DNA of 63,683 nucleotides, filler included, from Octopus bimaculoides (Eukaryota): the NCBI RefSeq assembly GCF_001194135.2. It is 5 parts of 4 records of this genome, joined end to end, with 100 filler letters (N's around TTAATTAATTAA, not from the genome) between each part and the next. Parts side by side here need not be neighbours in the genome. Positions count along the whole stretch, not along the records: positions 1 to 18,552 come from NC_068997.1; 4 more parts are not named here. One strand, 5' to 3'. The notes under the pieces were generated by a model, which ran no database searches, had not been told where the DNA came from, and saw only the letters and a program-made list of their open reading frames with translations. Below are positions 1 through 12,918 of this stretch, in pieces; within the stretch, counting starts at the first letter, position 1, and each line of letters opens with the position of its first letter. Position numbers and translations under genes: made by a program.

Positions 1-54
1 TAATTGAGTTTTTACCTGTGATTTTGGATTTTGTCCCTATATATTATTAATAAT

Positions 55-113
<59 letters not shown>

Positions 114-663
114 CACTCACGGAGCGAAAGACCTGCAGAACCCACCGCTTGCCTACTTATAGATATTCCTAAAACACAAGACGAAGGTATACATTTAATG
201 ATGTGATAATGTTTTAATAGCTATCTTTTCACACACACACACGGACGCACAAATGTAACAATGCAAGTAGGAAAATTGCTCATGTACATTGAGGTATTTA
301 TACCTGTGTGACGACGTATGTCAGTGTGTATGTATGTATGTACACACACATATACACACGAACTCACACATGAACATTGAGAGAGAGAGAGAGCAATGGA
401 GATAGATTAATAGAGACTTGTGGCTATACCAGTCTGAAGTGTGTGTTAGTTTGTCTATACATATTAAGGGGGGAGGGGGAGAGAAAGAATAATGCCTGCA
501 TATACATCTATTGCCTTAGATACACACATATGTGAGTGTGTTTATGCATGTATGTATACATATATATACATATAAATGTTTATATGTGTATATGAATTAC
601 AAATACATATACACATGTGTACACATACACACATATGTATAGATTAAAGACAGGTATTCTCTG

Positions 664-880
664 TATAGAATACACTTCGTAGTGCTCAAGAGATTTGAAC
701 TTGAACAGACTCCCCTATATATACATCAATTTTTTTTCTCCGTGTTTTTCTCCTTGTCTCCGTATTCTTTCTGTTGAAGAGCGTAGCTCGAAACGTCAAA
801 GACTTTCCGTATTCCCGAGCGTCATACTAATATATACTTTTGTTATTTACACCACCTGTCCTCGTCTGTTGTTATTATTT
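664..880 (+). mobile_element. Penelope-like pLTR / retrozyme-type repeat fragment
   Basis: Contains a minimal hammerhead motif (766-802). A related copy lies at ~59820-59945. The 5' part (TLRSAQEI) resembles the end of a GIY-YIG ORF. Confidence 0.55.
766..802 (+). ncRNA. Minimal type I hammerhead ribozyme motif, variant core CUGUUGA
   Basis: TCTTT-CTGTTGA-A-GAGC gta GCTC-GAAAC-GTC-AAAGA: stem I TCTTT/AAAGA, stem II GAGC/GCTC, palindromic loopless stem III (ACGT), GUC cleavage triplet. This layout is typical of PLE minimal hammerheads. Confidence 0.6.
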
Positions 881-892
881 GTATATTCTCCC

Positions 893-944
<52 letters not shown>

Positions 945-1301
945 ATCCACATTGTGTACATATACACATAACGTACGCACACACACAAATATATACGCAT
1001 TCACATATGCATTTATGTATGAATACATGCAATACACACGCATATACACGTACATGTTTTTAGTCATAGGCACAAACGGAAGCACACACATACGCAAGAA
1101 ATGACATTTGAGTCTATTTTTGTGTGCATATATACGTATCCACTGTTATATATATGTGTGTGTCTGTTTTTGCCTGTTCGTGTGTGTGTGTGGTACAAAT
1201 TCTGACTCGACTCTGTTACAGAGAAGCAATTCTTAAATACTTTATTCACTATTTATGCAAACATTTCTGCAGAGTGTAAATAGTTCGATAGCTGGATACA
1301 C

Positions 1302-1332
<31 letters not shown>

Positions 1333-1427
1333 GATATAATCGACTTTTCTCTATGAATTTAATTTTAATTGTAGAGAGTTTTCTCAATGACACTGAATAT
1401 GGAAATGAATGTGTTGTGCGTGCGTGT

Positions 1428-1726
1428 CTTTTACTTGTTTTATTCATTTGACAACGGCTATGCCGATTTGCGGTCTTTGAAGGGTTTACTCGGACAAATC
1501 GATCTCAATACTGGTAGTTTGGCGTAGCGCTAAGTTACTAGGAAATAAAGCGATACTGCTTCTGAAGCCATACGACGGACTTCTTTAAGTTTCCTTCTGC
1601 CAAATGTATTCATCATTAGGTTTTTGTTGGTCAGAAGCCAAAGTAGAGGAAAAGTGCCTCAGGTGCCATGCAGTGGGACTGACCTCGGCACATGTGGCTG
1701 AGAAAGAAACTTCTTACCACGCAGCC
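1428..1726 (-). mobile_element. tRNA-derived SINE, family B, decayed
   Basis: Head GGCTGCGTGGTAAGAAG...CAGTCCCACTGCATGGCACC with A/B-box-like segments. Shares body and tail with copies at 15381-15725 and 21148-21512. Confidence 0.75.
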
Positions 1727-2274
1727 TTGTCTCTCTGAGTGTGTGTGTGTGTGTGTATTGTTGTGTCTGAGGGGACTCATACTGCTTTCATGCCTTATTA
1801 CATAACACACTCATCGGTTTAATGAGAGTCAACATCCACTGACAAGGATGCAAAAGCAACTAAAATTTTGGGAAAGAAAAATATATAAACATTGAGTGGA
1901 AATTGAACCCGTGAGTGTGTTAGATAATAAGGCGTTAAGATATTAACACACACACATATTCGGCAGTGAATCCACAAGACATTGTCCGACCTGGCCCTCT
2001 TGCCGAAGACTGTCGGTCGTTAAGTGATGAATTTTATTTCTGGTTTTAGAAAGTAGAAATACTGTGTAGGCTCTTGTCACCTTTATAGCATTACAGTACT
2101 GGTAAGCTTCTTCTTCGTCTTTACTAAAACAAGGCTACAACATTTCAGTTTAAATGGTTAGACCTTACCAGCCTAGGGATGACTAAATCTTTCATAAAAA
2201 AACAAAAAACAGATGGAAACTCTGCAGGAAGTCAACGTACACACACACACACATAATATTAAATACATGATAAT

Positions 2275-2332
<58 letters not shown>

Positions 2333-4725
2333 GTTACGTCCTGCTGGGTATAACCCGAATTTATACAACCAACAATGATGGGGTGAACCCAAAACAACAC
2401 ACCACGAAGTTTTTTGTGAAATATTATTGTCGAACCTTGGACCTAAACATAAATCTGATGTCAAAGCAACCATTTAAACTAAAAGTTCATGACACAAATC
2501 GGCTTCCAGACTACCTCAATAATTATCGTTAAAAAAACTAAATAGTCAAACAACAAATCTAGTTTGCTTTAAATTCTCACAAAACTGCTTTATACAAGCA
2601 TGCTGAGTAACCATTAGACAAAATTTACAGTTAATTGTCTAATACAAAAAATTGGCTACATGAAAAATTAAATTCATACATCCTGTAGCTATTTATATAA
2701 TTTTTTTAACAGAAAATAGCTAGCAAAATTAATACACAACCTGCCACAAATGCAGGTTTCAAAATTCACACAAATATTACAATAATATATCTTAAGAGAT
2801 TTTTGTACACATCCAGATGTGACACAGAAATTATTTTAAAACTGACAAAAAGTTTCGGCGAATTACGAGAACATCAAATAAATCCATAAATGCCCAACAC
2901 AAAGCATATAAACTAAACAGGTAATCAAAGCCTCCAGAATCCAATTGAACAACCCTGTCTCACAGAAAAAAAAAGAGTATCTCTGCTTATAAAGGTTTGG
3001 TAAGGTCTAGCCAATTTGTTAGAGTTTCACAGTTTGGCTATTAACACCTAACTTCCCCCATTTTGGCAATGGACTTCCTCCTGACCTTACAGTGCAGCAT
3101 GCAAAACTGTCTGTTTAACTGTTAACATACAATAAAACATTTCCACATGATACAGCGGCTACTGCCGCGAACTTTTTCGCTGGCTCATCCAGCGGTTTTG
3201 CTAGTTGAATTATTTCGACCGGCATACTCGGTCGAAATTAATTCTTACACACATACATTTTCAATTATTTTCCCTAAAAATGGGAAACCTATGTTTTTTT
3301 TTTACCTCTTAAAGAGGATACCGGTTCAAATCCTACCCTCCACTAGCGGTGGGTGGGTGGGAAGGGAAGCAATAAAGCCGGTAAGGAGCTTACTTTTTCT
3401 AATACGGGAAACCTATGTTTTTTTTTCCTCTTAACGAGGATAAAAGTTCAAAAATAAATAACAGTTCATATCCCCTTCCCCGGACTCGTGCCTCGGATGG
3501 AAACTTTCTAGGTGCAATCCCAAGGTCATTAATCACCGAAGGAGCTCTTTAGTGTGTGTGTAGGGAGTAAGAATGTGAGGGGTCAAGAAGTGTGCTGGGT
3601 ATCAGAAAATTAGGGTGATAAATGAATAACGTGTCCTTCGTTTTAAGATAATAGGATGTGTTTGGTGGGATATTTGGCTGCCATCTCAAGCTGATCACCT
3701 GTCCACTGATCCTGTAAATATCGTCCTATTATCAAACAACGTTCTTGCCATGGCCATCCCCTATTACATCATTTAATGTCTTTTTAAATAATATTACGCT
3801 GATTTGAGGGAGATATAACTGTTACTTTATTAGTTCGATATATCAGGAAAAACTACTCCCAGAGCTCTTTCCCATCGTGTGAGTAAGTGTGAGTGTGCGT
3901 GTGCACGTGTGTTTCATTATTCAGCCTTATTTAGCATTATTAAAGCTGTCCTAACTTTTTGTATGCTGTCAACCTAATCCTGCTTTGCCCAGGGTTTCCT
4001 GTTTTAGGCTGCGATTTGGAGTGCCTACTATTTCTGGCAGGCTACTTGGCCATGAATATTTCAATTCGTTCGATGATGAGTGATTATGTGAAGTGTGTGT
4101 GTGTGTGTGTGTGTAATGCGCGTATGTTAGAAGAAAGAAGAATCCAGTGAAGTTAACGATCCAAGTTCAAATAGAAGCCAAGGCAGCGGTTTAAAAGATA
4201 AAGCGGGAAATAAAGAATGTTTGGAGATGGAGTAGATGAAAGTGTGTGTGTGTGTGTGGGGGGGCATTGTTAATGAAATACCATTAAAATGGTGAATCGG
4301 TAGCAGATCCTAGTAATAACTGGTAGTTCCACAAACCCCTCCAACTCGCTCCCCTCTCAACACTCCTCACACCTAACAATAATTTATTCTATGCTAAAGT
4401 GTTATTTTATTGTTGTTCTTTTCGTTGGTCTTGGTGGTGGTGGTGATGATGATGATGATGGTATAGTGCTGTCTGTCTGTTTGTCGTTATAGGTTTAATG
4501 CATAATAAAATACGAAAAAGCGATCATTGAAAACAAAATTCTACAGATATAAATTGACAAGTGATTAGAGCACCCATCCGACTCCTTACCCGCAATTCAC
4601 CCGTTGCCCACATCCAAAATCAGAAAAGAAAAAGAAAAGAAAATGTTATTAAAAAAGTATAAAAAGAAAAAAAAAATGAGGAAAACAGTTTTTCAACTTT
4701 GATGAGTTAAAAATGTTTTAATACT

Positions 4726-4870
4726 CCTCTCTCTCTCTCCCTCGCTTTTTTTTCTCTCTCTCTCTCCCTTGCTTTTTCTCTCTCTCTCTCCCTCGCTTTT
4801 TCTCTCTCTCTCTCCCTCGCTTTCTCTCTCTCTCTCTCCCTCGCTTTTTCTCTCTCTCTCTCCATCTCTC
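4726..4870. repeat. CT-rich minisatellite, ~24-bp unit (CT)nCCCTCGCTTTT, about five copies
   Basis: Tandem units directly visible. Confidence 0.9.
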
Positions 4871-5889
4871 TAATCAGCTCGGACGCTCTCGCTATTATCT
4901 CTATATCTGTCATTTCCTGCCTCTCGTACACATAACACATGCATGCACATACATGCACGCATGCTTAAATATATGCCTGGAAACATACACAAACAAAGAC
5001 ACACACACGAGCACACACAAACAAGCACAAAAACAAACACACGTGCACACACACACAAATACAAGCACACACAGACATGGCCTGTCATAAAAAACTGTTT
5101 TGAGTTTTCGTTCTTCTGAGAGAAAGAATGAAATTATTTTGATTTTATTTTGATTTTATTTTGTTATTCATTTCTTAGAGCGCAGTGTGAATATGTTGAC
5201 GACAGTGGCGTTACAAGGTGTCAGCATGGCTATGGTTTCAGATAAACGAGACACAGAAAACAAACTCCTTCCATAAATGGTAAACGCAGAAAGTTACGAA
5301 TAAGACACACTACGCCAGTAAAGCTTGCAATGGGGTCGTTCAACCTGCTAGAAATAACAACTAAATTTTCCTCGTTTCAAACACTGGCGTAATGAATATT
5401 TTTATTTAAATAAGAAACTCATAGAGAGTTGGCCCGCTAGAATTCCTTTAAGCATTAGGTATACTCAACCTAGTATTAAGCAACAACTTCAACACCAACT
5501 CAATAGAAGAATGAAGAGTCAATAGGGATATTCTTTGTTGCTGAAATAATAACCAAATATCATATAATGAAGTCCAAAATTTCAGAAGATAGTCAAATTT
5601 TTGTGTGAATAATGTTCTGTTTAATAGAATCTGAGGTTTAACAGAATGTGTAATAGAATCTGTTTAACAGTATCAAAGTTATGATAAGGTTATTACGGAT
5701 TGTGTAAGGCTTGAAGATGGACACTCGACATCCCGTCTGATACAAATGGGCGTGCAAGGGAAGAAAAATAAAGAAACAATGTCCCCCATCAATTTGTCTG
5801 AAAAGAAAATGTTTACCTCATAACAAAATTAGTAGAATCCTTAAAACATCCGCTAGAGGGCAATGCTGTGTTTGTTTTAGCAGTCTGTG

Positions 5890-6005
5890 ATCTGCGTAGA
5901 CATTCCACTCTGGTAAAACCTAACTTTCATCCTCTCCAAGTCAATAAATACAAGTTGTGAGCCGAAGTTGATCCTTCCTTCTCTTTATCTCTCCATCACC
6001 AGTCC
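5890..6005 (-). mobile_element. Short RTE-like reverse transcriptase remnant
   Basis: Reads roughly MER*REG...LVFIDLE across frameshifts, resembling the RTE motif LMEKYREG...VFVDLEKA. Confidence 0.35.
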
Positions 6006-6094
6006 GTCTCTTTCTCTTTCCCAGTCTCTAAATTATATCATTTAATAGAAAGGAAACTGATATAAATTTAATTAAAAATGAAGCTTTAATTACA

Positions 6095-6810
6095 TTATTC
6101 TACCTCAGATACATTTCTACCTCTCCTCTGGAGCCGGTCAGTTTCTCTGATTTGGTATCACCTAACAGTATTCAGGTAAACCTAAACGGGCTTTTGATAT
6201 ATTACACCCTTTTGGTCTCCCTCTCTTTCCTCCGCTTCTGGCTGCTTTCCATCCTTCTAAGCCTGCTCAGACGTTCATGGAACTAACTTGTCAGGTGTTC
6301 TTTTATACTGCTTATTGAGGGACTTGATTTCTCCCTTCAGACGGTGCATCCCTCTTACTCCTCTGCTACGCTTCTTTTCGATTGTTGAAGTAACCAATCT
6401 GTCCGCTGTCCCAAAGCCATCTTTCGTCAGACTCAAAGCGTTAATTACAGGGCATTCACTTTCTGTTCAGCTGTTCCTGCAAGCGATCATTTTAATATTT
6501 TATCGAGGTCTTGGTCTAGTTGTTGTCATTCCTTCATTTCATTCATCTTGGGCCATTTGATTCGATCTGTTACTGGGTGGGATTGGCCCTCTGGGGTGGT
6601 GTTGGGTGAGGTGACCCTTTTGAGGACTTGAGGTCACACAGATGCTGGGATACTTCCAGTGCTGTGGAGTGCTTGCTGCCTGAACTTCTCTTGCATCTTA
6701 CCAGGTATCACCACTCTGCGCTGCACATGTGGCTTCTCTTTTACAAAGTCAGACATGGCTCAGTGTATCTTGAGCCCTTTTAAATTCTTGCGAAATCATT
6801 CCTAATCGCT
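6095..6810 (-). mobile_element. Hero-clade (REL-endonuclease) non-LTR retrotransposon, N-terminal remnant
   Basis: Decayed translation KGLKIH...IPGKMQE, RIKWPKMNEMKE*QQLDQDLDKILK*SLAGTAEQKV, KSPFRFT..LLGDTKS..L.GSR.EVE matches the recalled pre-RT region of Hero elements; multiple stops and frameshifts. Confidence 0.65.
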
Positions 6811-7129
6811 ACCATTGAATCCGTCCTGTTCTTCTCTCATCCGCCACTACTCGTATATATAGTGCATACATGCACAAAAAACAAACGCCACACACCTAAA
6901 CACACACATACATATACACACACAGATACACACTCACACAAACAGACAGACACACACACTTAGTCTTGTATACATGTGTGGAGCAAATTTAAAATCATGT
7001 ATATATGTATTTGTGATTTCAGATCTCTGTACTTATGTGAATACATAGAATACATATAGATATCTACACACACGCGCACACACGCACAAACGCACAAACA
7101 CACACACACACACAAACACACACACGCAC

Positions 7130-7196
<67 letters not shown>

Positions 7197-7559
7197 GTAT
7201 TATTTATCTAAAAATATTCCAGTGTGAGAGAAGCTCAAAGAAGTTCTGTCTCGCAATTTAGAATAAGAAACTTAAAGATAAGTCTGTGAAAGATTATTTA
7301 CCCATAATCATTAGTTCAACAAAAATATTTTATAACGCCTGAGGCCCTTCGATAACCAAACAATACTTAGGAAGTGTAATGTATAAGCTCAGTATGGAAA
7401 GAAGGAAATTATTCACACACACACACACACGCTCATGTGTATGTGTGTATATATATATATGTGTGTATTTGTGTGTGTGTGTAGATGGTTAAAAAGTAAC
7501 AAACAAGTTGATATGCAGAAGGTAAATAAAACAAGGTAGAACATGCTGAAATAATTTTA

Positions 7560-8270
7560 TCATGAAGAACATTTAAGTACCGGTTTCAGTTTTAGAGTAA
7601 AGCATGAAAGACAAATTGTGGAAAAATTAAATGTAATGTTGTTTTAAAATATTTCCATAATTTTCAATTACAAAGGAAATTTTCGTTTTTCTGTGTTTCT
7701 CTTTCTCTTTTACTCTTGTGAAGGTTTGGTAGAAGGTAGTAGTAGTAGTAGATCTAAAAGAATAGTTCATATGAGAGACGTGAGTTCTTGATTTTCATTG
7801 TTTAGGGAGTAGCAGTAGCCGAGGAAGGAGGAGAAGAGAAAGAATAAGAAAACTACGTTAGTGGTTAGGGTTAGGAGGAGGATGCCGGTGGAATCCTCTT
7901 AAATGGTCAAGTGACCTAAAAGTGACCTGTTGTGGTTGTAATAGTAGTGACTGGAATTGTTCTGAATAAATTCATGGATAGTGACTGTTCTGAATATATC
8001 GTTTTTAATAGTTGCGTGGGCATTATTCAAAGATCCTTGTAGTAGTGTCTTTTGTGGTGGACACATTCAAAAGGGGTTTATATTTTGTGATAAAATATGC
8101 CTCTTTGCTAATGCACTGATTATAGGTTGCATCGTCCCTGAATTTATAGAGGGGGAAAAGATTCTGAAGTTCGGTTTTTCTTTAGTGCCGCAAATGTCGA
8201 TGTGTTCGCTCAATGCTATTTTTCGGCAATCTCGAATTTTAATCTGGGATCAATGTATTTGAAAACTATG
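7560..8270 (-). mobile_element. Penelope-like element 3' end (GIY-YIG C-terminus plus decayed pLTR)
   Basis: Translation LSEHIDICGTKEKPNFRIF.PLYKFRDDATYNQCISKEAYFITKYKP.LN is a PLE endonuclease C-terminus; a residual GAAACCGGT hammerhead-like motif lies near 7580-7590. Confidence 0.7.
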
Positions 8271-9187
8271 GAAATATTTAAAACAAAAACAAACACAAAA
8301 AAACCCCAAAAAACAAAACAAACAAACATTTCATTTAATTATTTTTCTTGATTTACTCCAAATTAAAATAGTCGCAAAGACAGAAAGCGGTACTTATTCT
8401 TCACGATAAAATTCTTCATGAAATATTCATGATAAAATTATTTTAGCATTTTCTACCTTGTCTTATTTTTGGTATCTCCAGCTCTTGGTTATCTAAAATC
8501 GAATGTGCAATCTGTGTGGATGTCTTTTCAGAAGATTTTCTGGTTTAAAAAGCCACATCAGATACCATAATGGTTCTAAGGTGTAGGTACAGGAGGTGAT
8601 CAAACCCTGCATAAGGAATAGATAACTACTATATANNNNNNNNNNNNNNNNNNNNNNNNNNNNNNNNNNNNNNNNNNNNNNNNNNNNNNNNNNNNNNNNN
8701 NNNNNNNNNNNNNNNNNNNNNNNNNNNNNNNNNNNNNNNNNNNNNNNNNNNNNNNNNNNNNNNNNNNNNNNNNNNNNNNNNNNNNNNNNNNNNNNNNNNN
8801 NNNNNNNNNNNNNNNNNNNNNNNNNNNNNNNNNNNNNNNNNNNNNNNNNNNNNNNNNNNNNNNNNNNNNNNNNNNNNNNNNNNNNNNNNNNNNNNNNNNN
8901 NNNNNNNNNNNNNNNNNNNNNNNNNNNNNNNNNNNNNNNNNNNNNNNNNNNNNNNNNNNNNNNNNNNNNNNNNNNNNNNNNNNNNNNNNNNNNNNNNNNN
9001 NNNNNNNNNNNNNNNNNNNNNNNNNNNNNNNNNNNNNNNNNNNNNNNNNNNNNNNNNNNTATATATATATCATATATACCTACATATATATTATATATAC
9101 AACATATATACATTATATATACATATATATATTTACACAAATACATATTCACACAATATACACAGACACATACACACATATACATAA

Positions 9188-9400
9188 TTTTTTGACTTGT
9201 TTCAGCTGGAAGATGGCGGCGGCCATGCTGGGACATCACCCTGAAGAGATGAGTCAAAGAAATCAATCCCAGTAATTCGTTAGTAGATCTGGTACTTATT
9301 CTATTGGGGCCCTTTGCTGAACCGTGCTAAGAAATGGGACCAAAACAAAACAATGCACTTTCTCCAGTGATAATCGGAGACAAACACTTAGACTCACACA
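9188..9400 (-). mobile_element. SINE family B, 3' portion
   Basis: CCATGCTGG...GGTACTTATTCTAT...TTTGCTGAACCG matches the other family B copies. Confidence 0.65.
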
Positions 9401-12101
9401 CGCCCGCGCGCGCACACACACGCAAACATACACACNNNNNNNNNNNNNNNNNNNNNNNNNNNNNNNNNNNNNNNNNNNNNNNNNNNNNNNNNNNNNNNNN
9501 NNNNNNNNNNNNNNNNNNNNNNNNNNNNNNNNNNNTATATATAAATGTATGTTGAGTTATCTACGTGGCTCTAGCAATATCTAATTATATATCATTGGTT
9601 GTACTCTGACATGACTACATATAAATACTTTTACACATACACCTGTAATCAGTGTGTGGGAGAGAGAAAGAGAGAAATATTATTGTAAGTTTAATCAGTG
9701 AACGTTTGCATTGTTTGGCAAACATTTTCCAGTAAATCAAATCATCGAAGGTCATAAAGTATTACAATTATTAGTCTAGACTAATGTTTACCTAACGGTG
9801 ACAGCAAACAATATCATTTGGGGGTCACTAGGGGCTAAGATAAGGGTCATAACTTTCCTAAAATTATAGCTCTAAGTTTCCTAGCTCCACTTATCTTTAA
9901 CTGACATTATGGACAGCTTAGGCACCAATATCACACTGGTACCCGTGAATGCAAACATTTGGAAGTTTTAATGCATGCAGATACATTACAATATCGCCTT
10001 TTCGTAGCGATAGAAAGACATTTTTTTCTTTTCATTTGTTGAAATATCATTGGAAAGATAAGAATAAAATACTTAACATAGAAAATGAGGATGTGAAATC
10101 AGGTACTTGGGGACGAGTCGCTAGTATGCAACAGTATAAATTAATATAGCCATATTAACGGATGTTTCCACCAACAGACAAGACATCCTTTATGCGGTGG
10201 ATAGACCCATTAGAAATAGCAGCCAAATTACATCAAATCACACAATAACATACAGTCGTATAAGCAGAAAATCGCACTGGACAACGTAGATGGAAGTTCT
10301 AACAGAGATAGGCCTTTTCCCTTACCATGGATTTGATTTAATATTCGTTTGTTAAGCAAAATTCCGCTGAAATTCAACATGCATAGAGGGTGTGACTATT
10401 TTAAGTAGAGCCATCACATGATTGGTCTTTTTGATACCAGCAATACAAATACTGTTTTTCAGTCCTTTTGAGCCCAACATTCTTTTGCACAGATGTGGTA
10501 ACAATAGCACCTTTATTCCATCATGGACTTTTTCATTGAGTGTTTTGCCTTCCTCGGCTGCTACCAGCCATAATATGCAACACGAAAAGGATGTTATTAA
10601 AAAAGTAAAAAAATCGAGCGTTTCCTTTGCCTGAAGATTTATAATGTGAGAAACGCCATGAACTTCAAAGATGTTTAAATGAAGGTTGCCAGCCGATATG
10701 CAAATGAGGCCACTCTTTAGAAATGAGCCGTGGTGGATGTGGCGACAGAACCACACCTCGCAAGCTGCTTGTTTTCTCTCTGGTTCCGTGAATTCTGGTA
10801 GTCGACTCTAGATAGGTTCTTTCACAAATCTAGATATGTATCCATCACTCCGAAGCATTTGTCTTTCACATAGATATTAGTCTCCATAAGGTTTTCATCA
10901 AGTCCCGTTGTGAATATCCGTCTGGTCTATTTTAAACTTATATCTACATCAAATGCAGTACACGCGGAAGATGCTAATAGCAGCTCTTACTTAATTAATA
11001 TCTATGGAATGATATTTATCTCTCACTTGATGGAGTACTTTTGTTGACCCGACAAATAATGAAACACTAAACTCTGTGTGTGTGTGTATGTGTGAGTGAG
11101 AGAGAGAGAGAGAGAGAGAGAGGGTATTTGTAAGGAGTGCATATTTTGAAAGTCTTCATTCCGTGGGTAGAAGTTATTGAATTACTTTGTACTAAACACT
11201 AACAGTAATCTTTAACTCAAAACCTTAATTTCTAATCGATCTTTAATCAATTAAATGTTGCTTTAAGTGCACTATTTTTTGCTGCCTAATAAGTCAGTAA
11301 CATTTAAAAATATAATTGAGTGAAACAAAGGTGGCACTTAAAAGTATTTTCACAGTCTCCAAAACTTGTACATAGAAGAAAGAAGGGTATTCTGAGACCA
11401 GAGACCTGGATTGTCAGATTCTAACAAAGCAGGTTTCTGTCAATGATAGCCAATTGTCTGGTTGTTGTGTGAAACCAAACGACCCCAAGCAAAGACAGGG
11501 TGGGTTTCTACACGTTTACCGTTGAAGGCGGTTACGTTGGTGCCGTGCGGGAGAATCACATCTGAACACAAAAATACGAAAGAAGCTACATCCTGTACAT
11601 AGTAATGCCAACGATATAAATTAAGTTCCGGTCTTGTAAAATAATATAACTTCTAGGAAGGGTCTAACCCACTAACCGAAATATTTAAGATATAAAAGAA
11701 ACAGAAATAAAGAAAAAAAAATGAAAAGCAGCACTTGGAAAATCTGTATTCTTTATTGGTTATTTCTCTTCAACAGTTTCAAAAGAGACAGAAAATATAA
11801 AAATATACAAAACACACTAAAATTGAACAAATATCTTAGCAATTCTTAGATTGCATCTTTTATAGAAATTTTATTCGGTGCTAGAGCTAAGCACCAAATA
11901 ATCAGCTTCAGCTAATTTGATTAACGCTCAAATAACATACACCAAGACACAACTCTAACATACACAAAGATAAAGTTTAAAAAATGTCCAGCAATGTATG
12001 TTTTTATTGCTATTGGCTAGATTTTACTCTCTACTTGTCATAGCTGACATCTAAGGAAATCATTAAATATATAATAAAAAAGGAATAACGACTAGAGATT
12101 T

Positions 12102-12133
<32 letters not shown>

Positions 12134-12640
12134 GGAGAAGACACTAAATAAAGGTTAACAAAATATTTTAAATATATTAAAAAAAACAAAATTACGTGTA
12201 AGCAAAAAATAAAATAAAATAATTTTATTATTGATTAGAATAAAAAAAAATATCGGTAAGGAAATATGTAATTGACGAATAAATTACACCAAATCACACA
12301 CAACCTCTCACAGATATATATATATATATATATAGTTACACACATGCATACGCACACGCTCTCTCTCTCTCTAACGTACACACATATAGGTATCTATGTA
12401 TATATCTAGAATTATATATTCTTATACATACGTATATAAATGCATGCAGACACATGTATACATACAGTTATACACTTTAGTTGTCAGGAGAGATGAGGCA
12501 ACTATCTAATGCTAAATACATAATAAAATTACAGACATATTTACACTGTTGAATTTGTTTGTTCGCCTCGGTGTTTCATTTGTATATATATTATATTCAT
12601 ACATTTTGCCAATTGCTTATGTACACACACACACACGCTC

Positions 12641-12671
<31 letters not shown>

Positions 12672-12691
12672 TGTATATATAAACAAGGATA

Positions 12692-12821
12692 CAAAATTGT
12701 ACCAGCATAACTAGAAACAAGAGTTAAACACAATTCAAAATGCCACAAACGCAACAAGTGACATTTTGCGGATTTTGAGTCGTTTTTGGCTCTTGTTTCT
12801 AGTAATGTTGGTACCATTTTG
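12692..12821. repeat. Imperfect 130-bp foldback (MITE-like or hairpin)
   Basis: Outer arms CAAAATTGTACCAGCATAACTAGAAACAAGAG / CTCTTGTTTCTAGTAATGTTGGTACCATTTTG (29 of 32 paired); inner stem CAAAATGCCAC/GTGACATTTTG. Confidence 0.8.
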
Positions 12822-12873
12822 CACACTGTTTATAAATTTGCCTTTACGTTTCAGTTGTTAACAGGATACCTAT

Positions 12874-12917
<44 letters not shown>

Positions 12918-12918
<1 letters not shown>

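Noticed and set aside
2330-2980. Coding-like AT-rich stretch with a CHKC motif (possible LINE ORF1 relic)
   Set aside because: Too many stops and no second diagnostic motif.
10352-10990. 134-aa minus ORF with an HLNIFE segment resembling the DIRS RNase H HINxLE motif
   Set aside because: No supporting TDAS or DN motifs; left unassigned as a probable decayed repeat.
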